NCBI GenBank assembly: GCA_016718205.1
Contig: JADKEB010000036.1
Span: 52,148-116,147, forward strand
Reading direction: 5' to 3'
From: Saprospiraceae bacterium
GTDB lineage: Bacteria > Bacteroidota > Bacteroidia > Chitinophagales > Saprospiraceae
DNA: 64,000 bases
Both the position numbers and the translations under genes were made by a program. Positions 24,901 to 32,763 of this stretch are shown here, piece by piece. The first letter of the stretch is position 1. Each line of letters opens with the position of its first letter. Under the pieces are notes generated by a model. That model was not told the origin of the DNA. It saw nothing but the letters and a program-made list of their open reading frames with translations, and searched no databases.

Positions 24901-26527
24901 AGTCGATGCCACTATCGCCCGTATCAGACATTCTACAGAAGGAGTAGGACTCATCTCACCACCTCCACATCACGATATATATTCGATTGAAGATTTGGCA
25001 CAGCTTATTTTTGATTTAAAAAATGCCAATCCAACTGCAAGAATAAGTGTCAAACTGGTGGCTAAGGCAGGTGTAGGTATCATAGCTTCCGGGGTAGCAA
25101 AAGCCCATGCGGATCATATCCTCATTTCAGGATTTGATGGCGGTACCGGAGCTTCACCTTTATCATCCATCATGCATGCTGGTATTCCATGGGAACTGGG
25201 CTTGGCGGAGACACATCAGGTCTTGGTCAGGAACAGACTAAGAGACAGAGTGACATTACAGACAGACGGTCAAATACGGACAGGAAGGGATATGGCAATT
25301 GCCACAATGCTCGGTGCAGAAGAGTGGGGCATTGCGACAGCGGCTCTGGTGGTAAGCGGCTGTATTCTGATGAGAAAGTGTCACGTCAATACATGCCCGG
25401 TCGGTATAGCTACGCAAGATGAGTCTCTAAGAGCAAAATTTGACGGAAGAGTAGAATATCTTATAAATTACTTCACATTTTTAGCCAATGATTTACGTGA
25501 AATTATGGCGGAACTTGGATTCCGCACAGTAGATGAGATGGTGGGCAGATCGGATATGCTGGATTATGATTTGAGCAAGAAGTACTGGAAATATAGAAAT
25601 CTGGATTTGGGACCATTACTTCATCAACAGAAAAATACTGAAGGCCACACTTTGTACAAATCGATTCCACAAGATCATGGCATAGATGATGTACTTGACC
25701 ACAAATTGATAGAATATGCGTCTCTCGCTATAAAAGACAAAATTGCTATCAACAGCACTTTTCCAATAAAAAGTATCAACAGGGCAGTAGGCACCATGTT
25801 GTCCAGCCATATTGCGAAAAAATATGGTGCATCCGGTTTGCCCCATGGATCTTTGGATTTCAGATTTAAAGGATCTGCAGGACAAACTTTTGGAGGATTC
25901 GGGATCAAAGGCCTTCACTTTATACTCGAAGGCGAAGCCAATGACTACTTCGGCAAAGGCTTAAGTGGCGCAACCCTGATCATCACCCCGGACAGAGATT
26001 TTTCAGGTGATCCGGAGGAAAACATCATTGTAGGTAATGTCGCTCTATTTGGTGCTACATCAGGAGAAGTATTTATAAGAGGTCGAGCGGGCCAGCGTTT
26101 TGCGGTACGTAATAGTGGCGCAGCTGCTGTAGTAGAAGGAGTAGGGGACAATGCCTGTGAATATATGACGGGCGGTATGGTAACCATATTAGGGAGCGTG
26201 GGGAGGAACTTTGCAGCAGGAATGAGTGGAGGTGTAGCTTATGTGTATGATCAGGCGGAAAATCTGAACATTGTACTCAATCGGGAGATGGTCATCATTG
26301 ATGATATGACACCACATGATGAGCACATCCTGAAAGAGCAACTGAGAGACCATTTCAGATACACTGGGTCTGCTCAAGCTCTTGAAATTCTTACACATTG
26401 GAATACTCTGAAGAGAAAGTTCAATAAAATAATGCCTGTAGAGTATAAAGCTGTACTCGAAAGAAGAAAAGACCCTGGTTTTATACCAAAATCTAAAAAA
26501 GTGGCTGCCACCAGATATGGTTTTTAA
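21995..26527 (+). CDS. gltB: Glutamate synthase large subunit
   Basis: 1,510 aa. N-terminal amidotransferase Cys (KDACGIGLIAHL), FMN/synthase domain (GEGGQLPGHKV, ISGFDGGTGASP) and C-terminal GXGXG beta-helix domain. Confidence 0.95.
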   Translation: MQSVENDQGLYLPQLEKDACGIGLIAHLQGDKSHSIVSDALTMLENMEHRGACGCEENTGDGAGILTQIPYVFFRNYAEKIGQILPEDGHYAVGFTFIPKDEVQKKHIIQLINEILGAHHFRLLFTRDVPTDNSMLGQGALDTEPDMIQLFVASDDVKVVRHDLERKLYVIRNHIVRQVIQYYPQLKEVFYFPSFSSQTVIYKGQLRAIQIRSYFKDLQDAQFASAIALVHSRFSTNTVPRWKLAQPFRCIAHNGEINTVQGNVNWWTAREKDLVSDVYTPHDFKHLLPVCSDTLSDSGNFDAVLEFLFRNGYSMPHALMMMVPEAFQNDNGMDAFKKDFYSHFEPLMEPWDGPASICFSDGIVVGATVDRNGLRPSKYCVTSDDRIILGSESGVLDLPQDKVIYKGNLAPGKILIADLDAGRIVGDDELKEIICKRHPYSKWNDQFRLKLETIEIKDGVKVAEPVLPLIQREIAAGLTEEDQEILLVSMADTGYEPINSMGSDIPLAVLSKQAQPIYNYFKQEFAQVTNPPIDPLREKFFMTLQCYLGNLGDILHVKPENAKQIQLKGPVFSDDDFLKLLSVDADDFKPGKIEALFDIENLENLQKAIQKICLDTEEKIKNGSTIIVLDNTSISSTNAAVPSMMAIGAVHHHLINAGLRRRASIVVNGLDIIEAHHVACLLSFGADAVYPSLALESVKSHALQKGKDVYTAKKNFIKALDSGLLKIMSKLGISTVNSYKAAQTFEALGIHKEVMDVCFKGAVSRISGMTFEMLAKEQLHKHHLAFSHIDTNLPESGRYQWKQRGEFHLFNPASVHLLQQSTKTGSYEMFKKYTEEVNNQSERACTLRSLLDFKQGTSIPIDQVESAEKIMKRFATGAMSFGSISAEAHTTLAIAMNRIGGKSNSGEGGEDAERYQPLPNGDSKRSAIKQVASGRFGVTIEYLNNADEIQIKIAQGAKPGEGGQLPGHKVDATIARIRHSTEGVGLISPPPHHDIYSIEDLAQLIFDLKNANPTARISVKLVAKAGVGIIASGVAKAHADHILISGFDGGTGASPLSSIMHAGIPWELGLAETHQVLVRNRLRDRVTLQTDGQIRTGRDMAIATMLGAEEWGIATAALVVSGCILMRKCHVNTCPVGIATQDESLRAKFDGRVEYLINYFTFLANDLREIMAELGFRTVDEMVGRSDMLDYDLSKKYWKYRNLDLGPLLHQQKNTEGHTLYKSIPQDHGIDDVLDHKLIEYASLAIKDKIAINSTFPIKSINRAVGTMLSSHIAKKYGASGLPHGSLDFRFKGSAGQTFGGFGIKGLHFILEGEANDYFGKGLSGATLIITPDRDFSGDPEENIIVGNVALFGATSGEVFIRGRAGQRFAVRNSGAAAVVEGVGDNACEYMTGGMVTILGSVGRNFAAGMSGGVAYVYDQAENLNIVLNREMVIIDDMTPHDEHILKEQLRDHFRYTGSAQALEILTHWNTLKRKFNKIMPVEYKAVLERRKDPGFIPKSKKVAATRYGF

Positions 26528-26571
26528 CAGTCTTTTTTCAAAATATTCATATCAAATACAAAAATTAAAAA

Positions 26572-28038
26572 ATGGCTGATCCAAAAGGCTTTCAGAAGTA
26601 TAAAAGAGAAGTACCTTCATCAAGAATGGTAAATGAACGTTTGCAGGATTATAAGGAGATATATAATAAAACAGAAGATAGCTTTATTCATACGCAAGCT
26701 GCCAGATGCATGGACTGCGGTGTTCCTTTTTGTCATAGTGGCTGCCCATTGGGTAATATTATTCCTGATTTTAATGACGCAGTATACAAAGAAGATTGGC
26801 ACAAAGCTTTTCTGATTCTTTCTGAGACCAATAATTTTCCGGAGTTTACAGGAAGAATATGTCCGGCACCATGTGAAGCTGCATGCGTATTGGGTATAAA
26901 TAATCTTCCTGTCAGTATCGAAAATATCGAAAAACAAATCATCGAGCATGCATATGCTCACGGCTGGGTAAAAGCCAATAATATTAGGGTAGAATCAGGC
27001 AAATCTATTGCCGTCATCGGATCGGGGCCTGCAGGATTGGCAGCTGCATCGCAGCTCAATAAAGCTGGTCACCGAGTCACGGTGTACGAAAGAAATGAAA
27101 AACCGGGCGGACTGCTCAGATACGGAATTCCTGATTTTAAACTCGAAAAATGGGTGGTAGATCGTAGGGTCAAGCAAATGGAAGCATCGGGAATCACATT
27201 TATATGCAATGCCAATGTAGGTGTGAATACTGATATAAAGGAAATCGAAGCCAAAAACGATGCCATCGTACTCACAGGAGGAAGTACAATTCCCAGAGAT
27301 CTCAATATACCTGGCAGGGATGCAAAAGGTGTATTTTTCGCCATGGACTTTCTAGAAAAATCCAATAAATACATAGATAAAGGCTTCGAAAAATTGCCGG
27401 ATATATATGTTAAAGGCAAAAGAGTCGTCGTCATCGGTGGTGGCGATACTGGTGCGGACTGTGTAGGTACATCCAATAGACAGGGAGCAGCATCCGTCAC
27501 ACAAATAGAACTTCTCACTAAACCCGGTACATCAAGAACTATTAAAGATCCATGGCCACTCTGGCCAATGATACTTAGAACATCATCTTCTCATGAAGAA
27601 GGTTGTCAGAGAGAATGGTCCATTCAGACCAAACAGTTTGTAAAAAATGAAGAAGGCTACCTTACCGGGATTGAAATCGTAGATATTGTCTGGGAAATGA
27701 ACCCTGAAACGGGTAATTATGGATTAAGAGAGTTGGCTGAAACGATCAGGATATTGGAATGCGACGCGGTATTTATTGCGGCCGGATTTTTGTTCCCTCA
27801 AAAAGTAGGCATGATTGAACAGCTTGGAGTACAACTGGATGCAAGGGGCAATGTACAGACACAAAATTATCAAACAAATATTCCACATGTCTTTGCTGCG
27901 GGTGATATGCGGCGTGGACAGTCATTGGTAGTCTGGGCTATTCATGAAGGCAGGGAAGCAGCCCGTGCGATGGATGCTTACCTGCAAGGAGTATCATCTC
28001 TTGAAGGTAAAACAGTCAATGTTCTGGAAATGGTTTAG
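26572..28038 (+). CDS. gltD: Glutamate synthase small subunit (NADPH)
   Basis: 488 aa. Fe-S Cys clusters (CMDCGVPFCHSGCPLGN; CPAPCEAACV) and two dinucleotide-binding folds (VIGSGPAGLAAA; VIGGGDTGADC). Confidence 0.95.
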   Translation: MADPKGFQKYKREVPSSRMVNERLQDYKEIYNKTEDSFIHTQAARCMDCGVPFCHSGCPLGNIIPDFNDAVYKEDWHKAFLILSETNNFPEFTGRICPAPCEAACVLGINNLPVSIENIEKQIIEHAYAHGWVKANNIRVESGKSIAVIGSGPAGLAAASQLNKAGHRVTVYERNEKPGGLLRYGIPDFKLEKWVVDRRVKQMEASGITFICNANVGVNTDIKEIEAKNDAIVLTGGSTIPRDLNIPGRDAKGVFFAMDFLEKSNKYIDKGFEKLPDIYVKGKRVVVIGGGDTGADCVGTSNRQGAASVTQIELLTKPGTSRTIKDPWPLWPMILRTSSSHEEGCQREWSIQTKQFVKNEEGYLTGIEIVDIVWEMNPETGNYGLRELAETIRILECDAVFIAAGFLFPQKVGMIEQLGVQLDARGNVQTQNYQTNIPHVFAAGDMRRGQSLVVWAIHEGREAARAMDAYLQGVSSLEGKTVNVLEMV

Positions 28039-28107
28039 TTAAAAAAATAGGACTGATTGAATATCAAGTGTTAAGTGGGATAACAAAATGGTTCAGTTTA
28101 TTCTTAA

Positions 28108-28263
28108 CTAAGATTTGGCGTGAAATATAACATTACCAATTTTATTAAGAATAACCTTTTTTGAATGTTCATCAAACACTTTTATAAAGTAGTTTCCCGT
28201 TGGAAAATTGGATAAACTAAATTCTTCTTCATGTATATTTTGGGAAATATTTACATTTTGGTT
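28108..28263 (-). pseudogene. Remnant of a T9SS type A C-terminal sorting domain (last ~50 codons only)
   Basis: The minus-strand frame reads NQNVNISQNIHEEEFSLSNFPTGNYFIKVFDEHSKKVILNKIGNVIFHAKS*, with the L..L..G.Y.(I/V)K(V) pattern of Por_Secre_tail domains. Nothing upstream of it survives. Confidence 0.45.
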
Positions 28264-28561
28264 CTAAATTATGGTAATCATGTTTTCCCTTGATAATTCT
28301 AAGACATCATTTTCATCAAACTGATGAACTATATTATTTAGATTTTTCTCAAAAATTTGTAATATTTCATTGGTTGTGATGTAAGTTAACAAATTAAGGG
28401 CTTATTTTAAGATTGTAATCGTCTTTGTGTTGGGCAGGCTGATTTGCATCTGATGTAAGATTTTTATTTGGTAAATCTAATGTGTGTATTGCATGGTGAC
28501 CATGATTACTAAGATACAAACTTGGTCGTTTAGGTAGTTGAGCATCTACTAAAAATTTCAT
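28264..28561 (-). pseudogene. DUF5615 (PIN/Mut7-C-like) putative toxin, frameshifted
   Basis: MKFLVDAQLPKR...GHHAIHTLDLPNKNLTSD, then the frame is lost. The family-like C-terminus LLTYITTNEILQIFEKNLNNIVHQFDENDVLELSRENMITII* lies in another frame. Its ATG overlaps the DUF433 stop codon (ATGA). Confidence 0.6.
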
Positions 28562-28797
28562 GCCACTAGCTGTGTGATACTTTTTACAGTTGAAAGTTTG
28601 GCAGCAAATAAAAGGCACGCTTTTAAATCTTCTTCCTCAAGGTCAGGAAAATCATCTAAGATTTCTTGATGTGTCATTCCTGATGCCAATAATTCAAGTA
28701 TGCTACTTACAGTGTATCTCATACCTCTGATGACAGGTTTACCATGACATACTGCAGGATCTATAATAATTCTACTTAAGATATTCAATTTATTCAT
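28558..28797 (-). CDS. DUF433-domain protein (putative antitoxin partner of DUF5615)
   Basis: 79 aa with IIDPAVCHGKPVIRGMRYTVSSILELLASGMTHQEILDDFPDLEEEDLKACL, typical of DUF433. Confidence 0.75.
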   Translation of the reverse strand: MNKLNILSRIIIDPAVCHGKPVIRGMRYTVSSILELLASGMTHQEILDDFPDLEEEDLKACLLFAAKLSTVKSITQLVA

Positions 28798-29012
28798 TAG
28801 GTCAAATTAATCAAATAAACAACAAAGATATACAAATATTAGTTTTTGTTTTCGAGACGGAAAATTAATAAATGTGATCATTTGATTATCATCTATAAAC
28901 ATTTTTGCACAGTAAAGTATTTGAATTTCTAAAAATCAACATTTTTATTCTTATAAGATAGTCTATTTCTCTACATCATCCAAATCATAAATCTATTCTT
29001 AATAAAAACTGA

Positions 29013-29101
29013 AGCGGCAGACCGGAATCGAACAGGCTCCGAAGATTGGATTCTTCAATCAAGATCTGAAGTCTTGCGTGCTTACTGTACACTACTGCCG
29101 C
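29013..29101 (-). tRNA. Class II (long variable arm) tRNA-like gene with anticodon UCA (opal suppressor or Sec-like); possibly a pseudo-tRNA
   Basis: Minus strand folds as GCGGCAG-UA-GUGU-ACAGUAA-GCAC-G-CAAGA-CUUCAGA-UCUUG-[22-nt variable arm with GAAGA/UCUUC stem]-GCCUG-UUCGAUU-CCGGU-CUGCCGC-U. It has a perfect 7-bp acceptor and 5-bp anticodon stem and a canonical T loop. The T stem has a U:C mismatch and the D loop lacks GG. Confidence 0.5.
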
Positions 29102-29113
29102 ATAAAAAATATA

Positions 29114-29191
29114 GCACGGGTAGCCGGGATTGAACCGACGCAGAGAAAGTCAGTAAAATAAATCTGCCTTAATATAGCAAATATTACCCCA
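29114..29191 (-). pseudogene. Degenerate tRNA-like remnant (good T arm and 3' acceptor strand only)
   Basis: Minus strand ...GCAGA-[18 nt]-UCUGC-GUCGG-UUCAAUC-CCGGC-UACCCGUGC. The T arm is perfect and the 5' acceptor pairs over only about 5 bp. There is no normal anticodon loop or variable region. Confidence 0.4.
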
Positions 29192-29349
29192 TTCTTTAAA
29201 ATTTGTTCATATGAAGGATACAGTAATAAAAATTTACATCTGACTGTATATTTTTGGGGACACAGTATAATAGTTCTCTTTATCTAAATTTTGGAATAAA
29301 TAGTTTTTGCACAACCTACTTAAGTATATTTGCAATCATTTGGAGAAAT

Positions 29350-29515
29350 AAAAGATATAGAATCAGAAATGATGCTTCAATACTCAGAGACGGAAGTGCC
29401 ATTCCAAAAAATCTAAATATTCAAGGCACAAATGCAAACAGTATGTATTTTGCTCTTAATTTTCTTGAAAAGTCGAATATGTATATCGAAAAAGATTTTG
29501 AAAAGTTATCGATTT
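29350..29515 (+). pseudogene. Diverged partial copy of gltD (corresponds to about 27240..27410)
   Basis: ORF 29254..29547 reads RNDASILRDGSAIPKNLNIQGTNANSMYFALNFLEKSNMYIEKDFEKLS. GltD reads KNDAIVLTGGSTIPRDLNIPGRDAKGVFFAMDFLEKSNKYIDKGFEKLP. Confidence 0.7.
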
Positions 29516-29531
29516 GGATTGAGATTATTTT

Positions 29532-29696
29532 AGAGTATGTTGTTTAAATTTTCATGTTTGAGCGAAAGTATACAAATTTAATTTTAGACAAGGCATATTT
29601 TGCAGTCGTAGCCGGCAGCTTCGGCGAAAAATATAACGAAGCATAAAATTAAATTTGTCGCTTGCAGCCAAATGATGGAATTTTAAACATACTCTT
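29532..29696. mobile_element. MITE-like palindromic element, short copy (165 bp)
   Basis: About 55-nt terminal inverted repeats (agagtatgt..tttaaa..catgtttgagcg..aaatttaatttta / taaaattaaatttgtcgcttgcagccaaatgatggaattttaaacatactct). A second copy lies at 40667..40928. Confidence 0.75.
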
Positions 29697-29757
29697 AAGT
29701 ATTTCTTAAAAAATGGTCTGAATTTTATAATTGTTGAGACAAAAATATAAACCGTAA

Positions 29758-30784
29758 ATGTTAAGATTTATATTTATACTATTATTATTTACAGGCATTT
29801 TTTCATGTAATCATTTGTTGGGTAATACTTTCCAAAACTTCAATTGTGATACTATTTCAAAACCAGATATTGGGCCTGATACAAGTATTTGCGAAGGAAT
29901 TATTTTGCTTTTGAAGAATCAGTTTGAAACCCCAAATGCCACATATTTATGGTCAGATGGAAAAACCACTTCTACTATAGATGTAACAAAAGCAGGTGCC
30001 TACTGGCTGGAAACGACATTTTTACAATGCAAAAAAACGAGACACGATCAATATATATGTTTTGCCATCACCTAGAATAACCAGCTCTAAGGTCTACAGC
30101 TTTTGTGAAGGTAAAAGTGTAATAGTGGCGCTACAGGGAGATTTTAATACAGTGACATGGGATGACTTTCCCTCACAACAAAATATACTGGTATCATCTG
30201 CAAAAGCTTATAAGTACACAGCAATAAAAGGTCTATGTGAGTTGCGTTCAGAAATCAATGTCCGTGAAATCAAAATACCAAATCCTGCAATAGGAGATTA
30301 CATTGATAAGTGCCGTGGAGAAGTTCAAAATTTGTCTGTTCCAAGTTTCAGTGGTGCGATCAAATGGAGTAATGGATCCCAAACTAAAGGAATTCAGGTG
30401 ATTTCATCTGGATATTACAGCGTGACGCTCACAGATTCAGGATGTTCAAAATCAGATACAGTGTTTGTCGGATTTTTTGATTGTAAAGGAGAATTCCTCT
30501 ATTTTCCCAATATAATCTATCCAAAATCAGTTAACGGTAATGAAAATTTCTTTCCAATTGTAGATCAAAAATACACTGTAACCCAATATAAACTATCCGT
30601 ATTTAATACTTTTGGCAACCTGATTTTTGTTTCAGATGATATTAATAATCACTGGGATGGTCTTCAATTTGGAAATAGAGAGTCCCAACCGGGAGTATAT
30701 ACATATATTTGTACAGCCAGTGCTGATGGTCCTAAAAAGTTTGAAAACAAAACATTTACAGGGACGGTCACATTATTGAAGTAG
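29758..30784 (+). CDS. T9SS type B (gliding-motility-associated, CHU_C-like) C-terminal-domain surface protein, interrupted by a frameshift in an A7 run (30031..30037)
   Basis: Signal peptide present. Repeated C..sD.I.V modules. C-terminal YFPNIIYP..NGNENFFPI...YKLSVFNTFGNLIF...HWDG...GVYTYI matches the type B sorting domain. The ORFs 29758..30075 and 29996..30784 join if the run is A6. Confidence 0.75.
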
Positions 30785-30880
30785 CCTTATTCATAAACAA
30801 TGAGTGTTTCCATTAAGAATAAAAAAAACCGGATGACTATTTTCAAAGCCCCCGGTTTTTAAAACTATAATTGAAATCAA

Positions 30881-31735
30881 TTATTTTTTTGACCACATAG
30901 CAATGGACTCATTATTCATTTTGATATAGTCATTGTTTTTTGCTTCTGTTGCTTTAGTTAACGATTCTTTTGCAACAGCAATAGCTTCAGTGTACTTTCC
31001 GGCTTTAGCCAGAATAAGGCTATAACCTCTTAGATTCCAGAATTGATTTGCACCCATGCTTACCGCTTTTGCACCCCATTCCAATGCTTTGTTGATATCC
31101 TTTCCGCTATTAGAATAATAATTGGCAGCTGCCATATAATCATTGGCACTAGGACCTGCTAATGCCTGAGTGATACTTGCAACAACTTTAGCGTCAGTCA
31201 TAACATCTACAGTAAATCCAACTCTGGTTTTTTCCCATGCTATATACATTTCAGTAGTATTGTCAGTCAAATTAGAAAATCCAACAGAGAAAGTTTCAAC
31301 ATGATTGGGTATTGCAGTTGGAACTACAGATATTCTTGCTGCTTCATCGCTTTCTTTGTAGTTATCGCCACCTGGAGTACTAAGTCCGGCATCTTTGTGG
31401 AATATAACTTTCCATTCAGTGGCCCCAGGTAATGTAAATAAAGAATACTTGCCCTTCTTTAAATCCACACCATTGACTTTTACGTCATCGCTGAAGGTAA
31501 CTTTGGTGCCTTGATTTGCACCGGTACGCCACAGTTGACCATATGGAACAAGATCACCCATAACTTTACGACCTTTAGCACTCGGTCGGCTATAATCTAA
31601 ACTGATGGTAGACAGACCTACTGACTGCTCGATTTTTGCTCCCGGGCTGGCCGCAGGTGTTTTTACCTGAGCATTTGCACTTGAAAATATCATCAGGAAT
31701 GCTCCTGCAACTAAAAGATTAAAAATGTTTTTCAT
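30881..31735 (-). CDS. DUF2911-domain protein with a C-terminal TPR-like region
   Basis: 284 aa with a signal peptide. YSRPSAKGRKVMGDLVPYGQLWRTGANQGTKVTF and GKYSLFTLPG..EWKVIFHKD are typical of DUF2911. Confidence 0.7.
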   Translation of the reverse strand: MKNIFNLLVAGAFLMIFSSANAQVKTPAASPGAKIEQSVGLSTISLDYSRPSAKGRKVMGDLVPYGQLWRTGANQGTKVTFSDDVKVNGVDLKKGKYSLFTLPGATEWKVIFHKDAGLSTPGGDNYKESDEAARISVVPTAIPNHVETFSVGFSNLTDNTTEMYIAWEKTRVGFTVDVMTDAKVVASITQALAGPSANDYMAAANYYSNSGKDINKALEWGAKAVSMGANQFWNLRGYSLILAKAGKYTEAIAVAKESLTKATEAKNNDYIKMNNESIAMWSKK

Positions 31736-31852
31736 TGATTAAAATGTTTACAATTTACTGATTAAAAAAAAATTATTTTCAGTATTTAATACTGACCAGA
31801 ATAGTAAATAATAAATATTCTTAAAATGTTCAATTGATATCAAAAATAATTG

Positions 31853-32380
31853 TCAATTGTTGGCGTTTTTCTTTTTTTCAGAATGTATAATCTCCATTTT
31901 GGACTGACCTTCCTTAATTTTTATACTTCTTTGGTCTATGAAGGTTTTTATCAGTTTTTCTGAATCAAGTGGTTTTTGATTGATATGACGGTGGAAAAGA
32001 GTAAGCATAAATCTTGTCATATCTTCTGTGTAGTACAAGCCTTTTAATCTGAGATAATGTGAAAATCTGGAACCCTCTTCAAAATGCCAGTTGTACTCCC
32101 TCCATCGCCCCAATACGAAATAGAGTTTTTTTACCATGATATCTTCAGACACTTCCCTAAGAGGTTTTCTGGCATCTTCATCTGTTAGTTCCATAAGTTT
32201 TGAAAGTGCATCATCGATATCTCGTGGTATATAAATCCCGTATAACCTGGATTTTTTTATATTATCCTGATATGTTGAGTCATTGGGTATAACTTGTTTG
32301 GTTTTTTTATCTTGTCCAAAAGAGATATTATGAATAAGTACCACACAAAGCAATATACCAGACATCCTGTATAAATCCAT
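31853..32380 (-). CDS. Hypothetical secreted or lipid-anchored protein
   Basis: 175-aa ORF with an N-terminal hydrophobic segment. No confident family assignment. Confidence 0.45.
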   Translation of the reverse strand: MDLYRMSGILLCVVLIHNISFGQDKKTKQVIPNDSTYQDNIKKSRLYGIYIPRDIDDALSKLMELTDEDARKPLREVSEDIMVKKLYFVLGRWREYNWHFEEGSRFSHYLRLKGLYYTEDMTRFMLTLFHRHINQKPLDSEKLIKTFIDQRSIKIKEGQSKMEIIHSEKKKNANN

Positions 32381-32446
32381 AGGTCAAAAGAATTATGATA
32401 AAAGTTTAAACATACGGGTGTTTAACAAATTGCACAATTATAACAC

Positions 32447-32478
32447 CCTGCCTGAATACGTAGGCAGGCAGGCAGGGG
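32447..32478. repeat. GC-rich REP-like palindromic element, copy 3 (core only)
   Basis: CCTGCCTGaatacgtaggCAGGCAGGcagggg. Confidence 0.65.
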
Positions 32479-32763
32479 TATGTGGAGGAAAATGGCGTAA
32501 ACTAATTTCATTTCGTGGTTAGCCTAACAGTCATTATCGATTTAATAAAAAGTGTAATTTGTTATACACACTAAACATACTCTAAACGAAAAAAAGTGAT
32601 ATAATTGTTTCAAAATCAAATATTTTTAACTTCTGATTAACCTTAAAATGCATCGGTGCTAAAATTATTTACTTAACAAGACTACTAATAGTAAACAAAC
32701 CACTAATTTTACGGTTTAAAAATCAATCAGGTTTAAAAAAATAATTTTAAGATAAATTAGCTC

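Noticed and set aside
22224-26398. Alternative-frame and antisense ORFs inside gltB (for example 25189..25422 and 25616..25918).
   Set aside because: They are nested within a 1,510-codon ORF whose entire length matches the glutamate synthase domain order.
29013-29101. A bona fide selenocysteine tRNA (selC).
   Set aside because: The fold is 7/5 rather than the bacterial Sec 8/5. The D arm is 4 bp with a 7-nt loop instead of 6 bp with a 4-nt loop, the discriminator is U, and position 37 is G. No selA, selB or selD genes or SECIS-like context are in the window. I keep it only as a UCA-anticodon tRNA-like gene of uncertain function.
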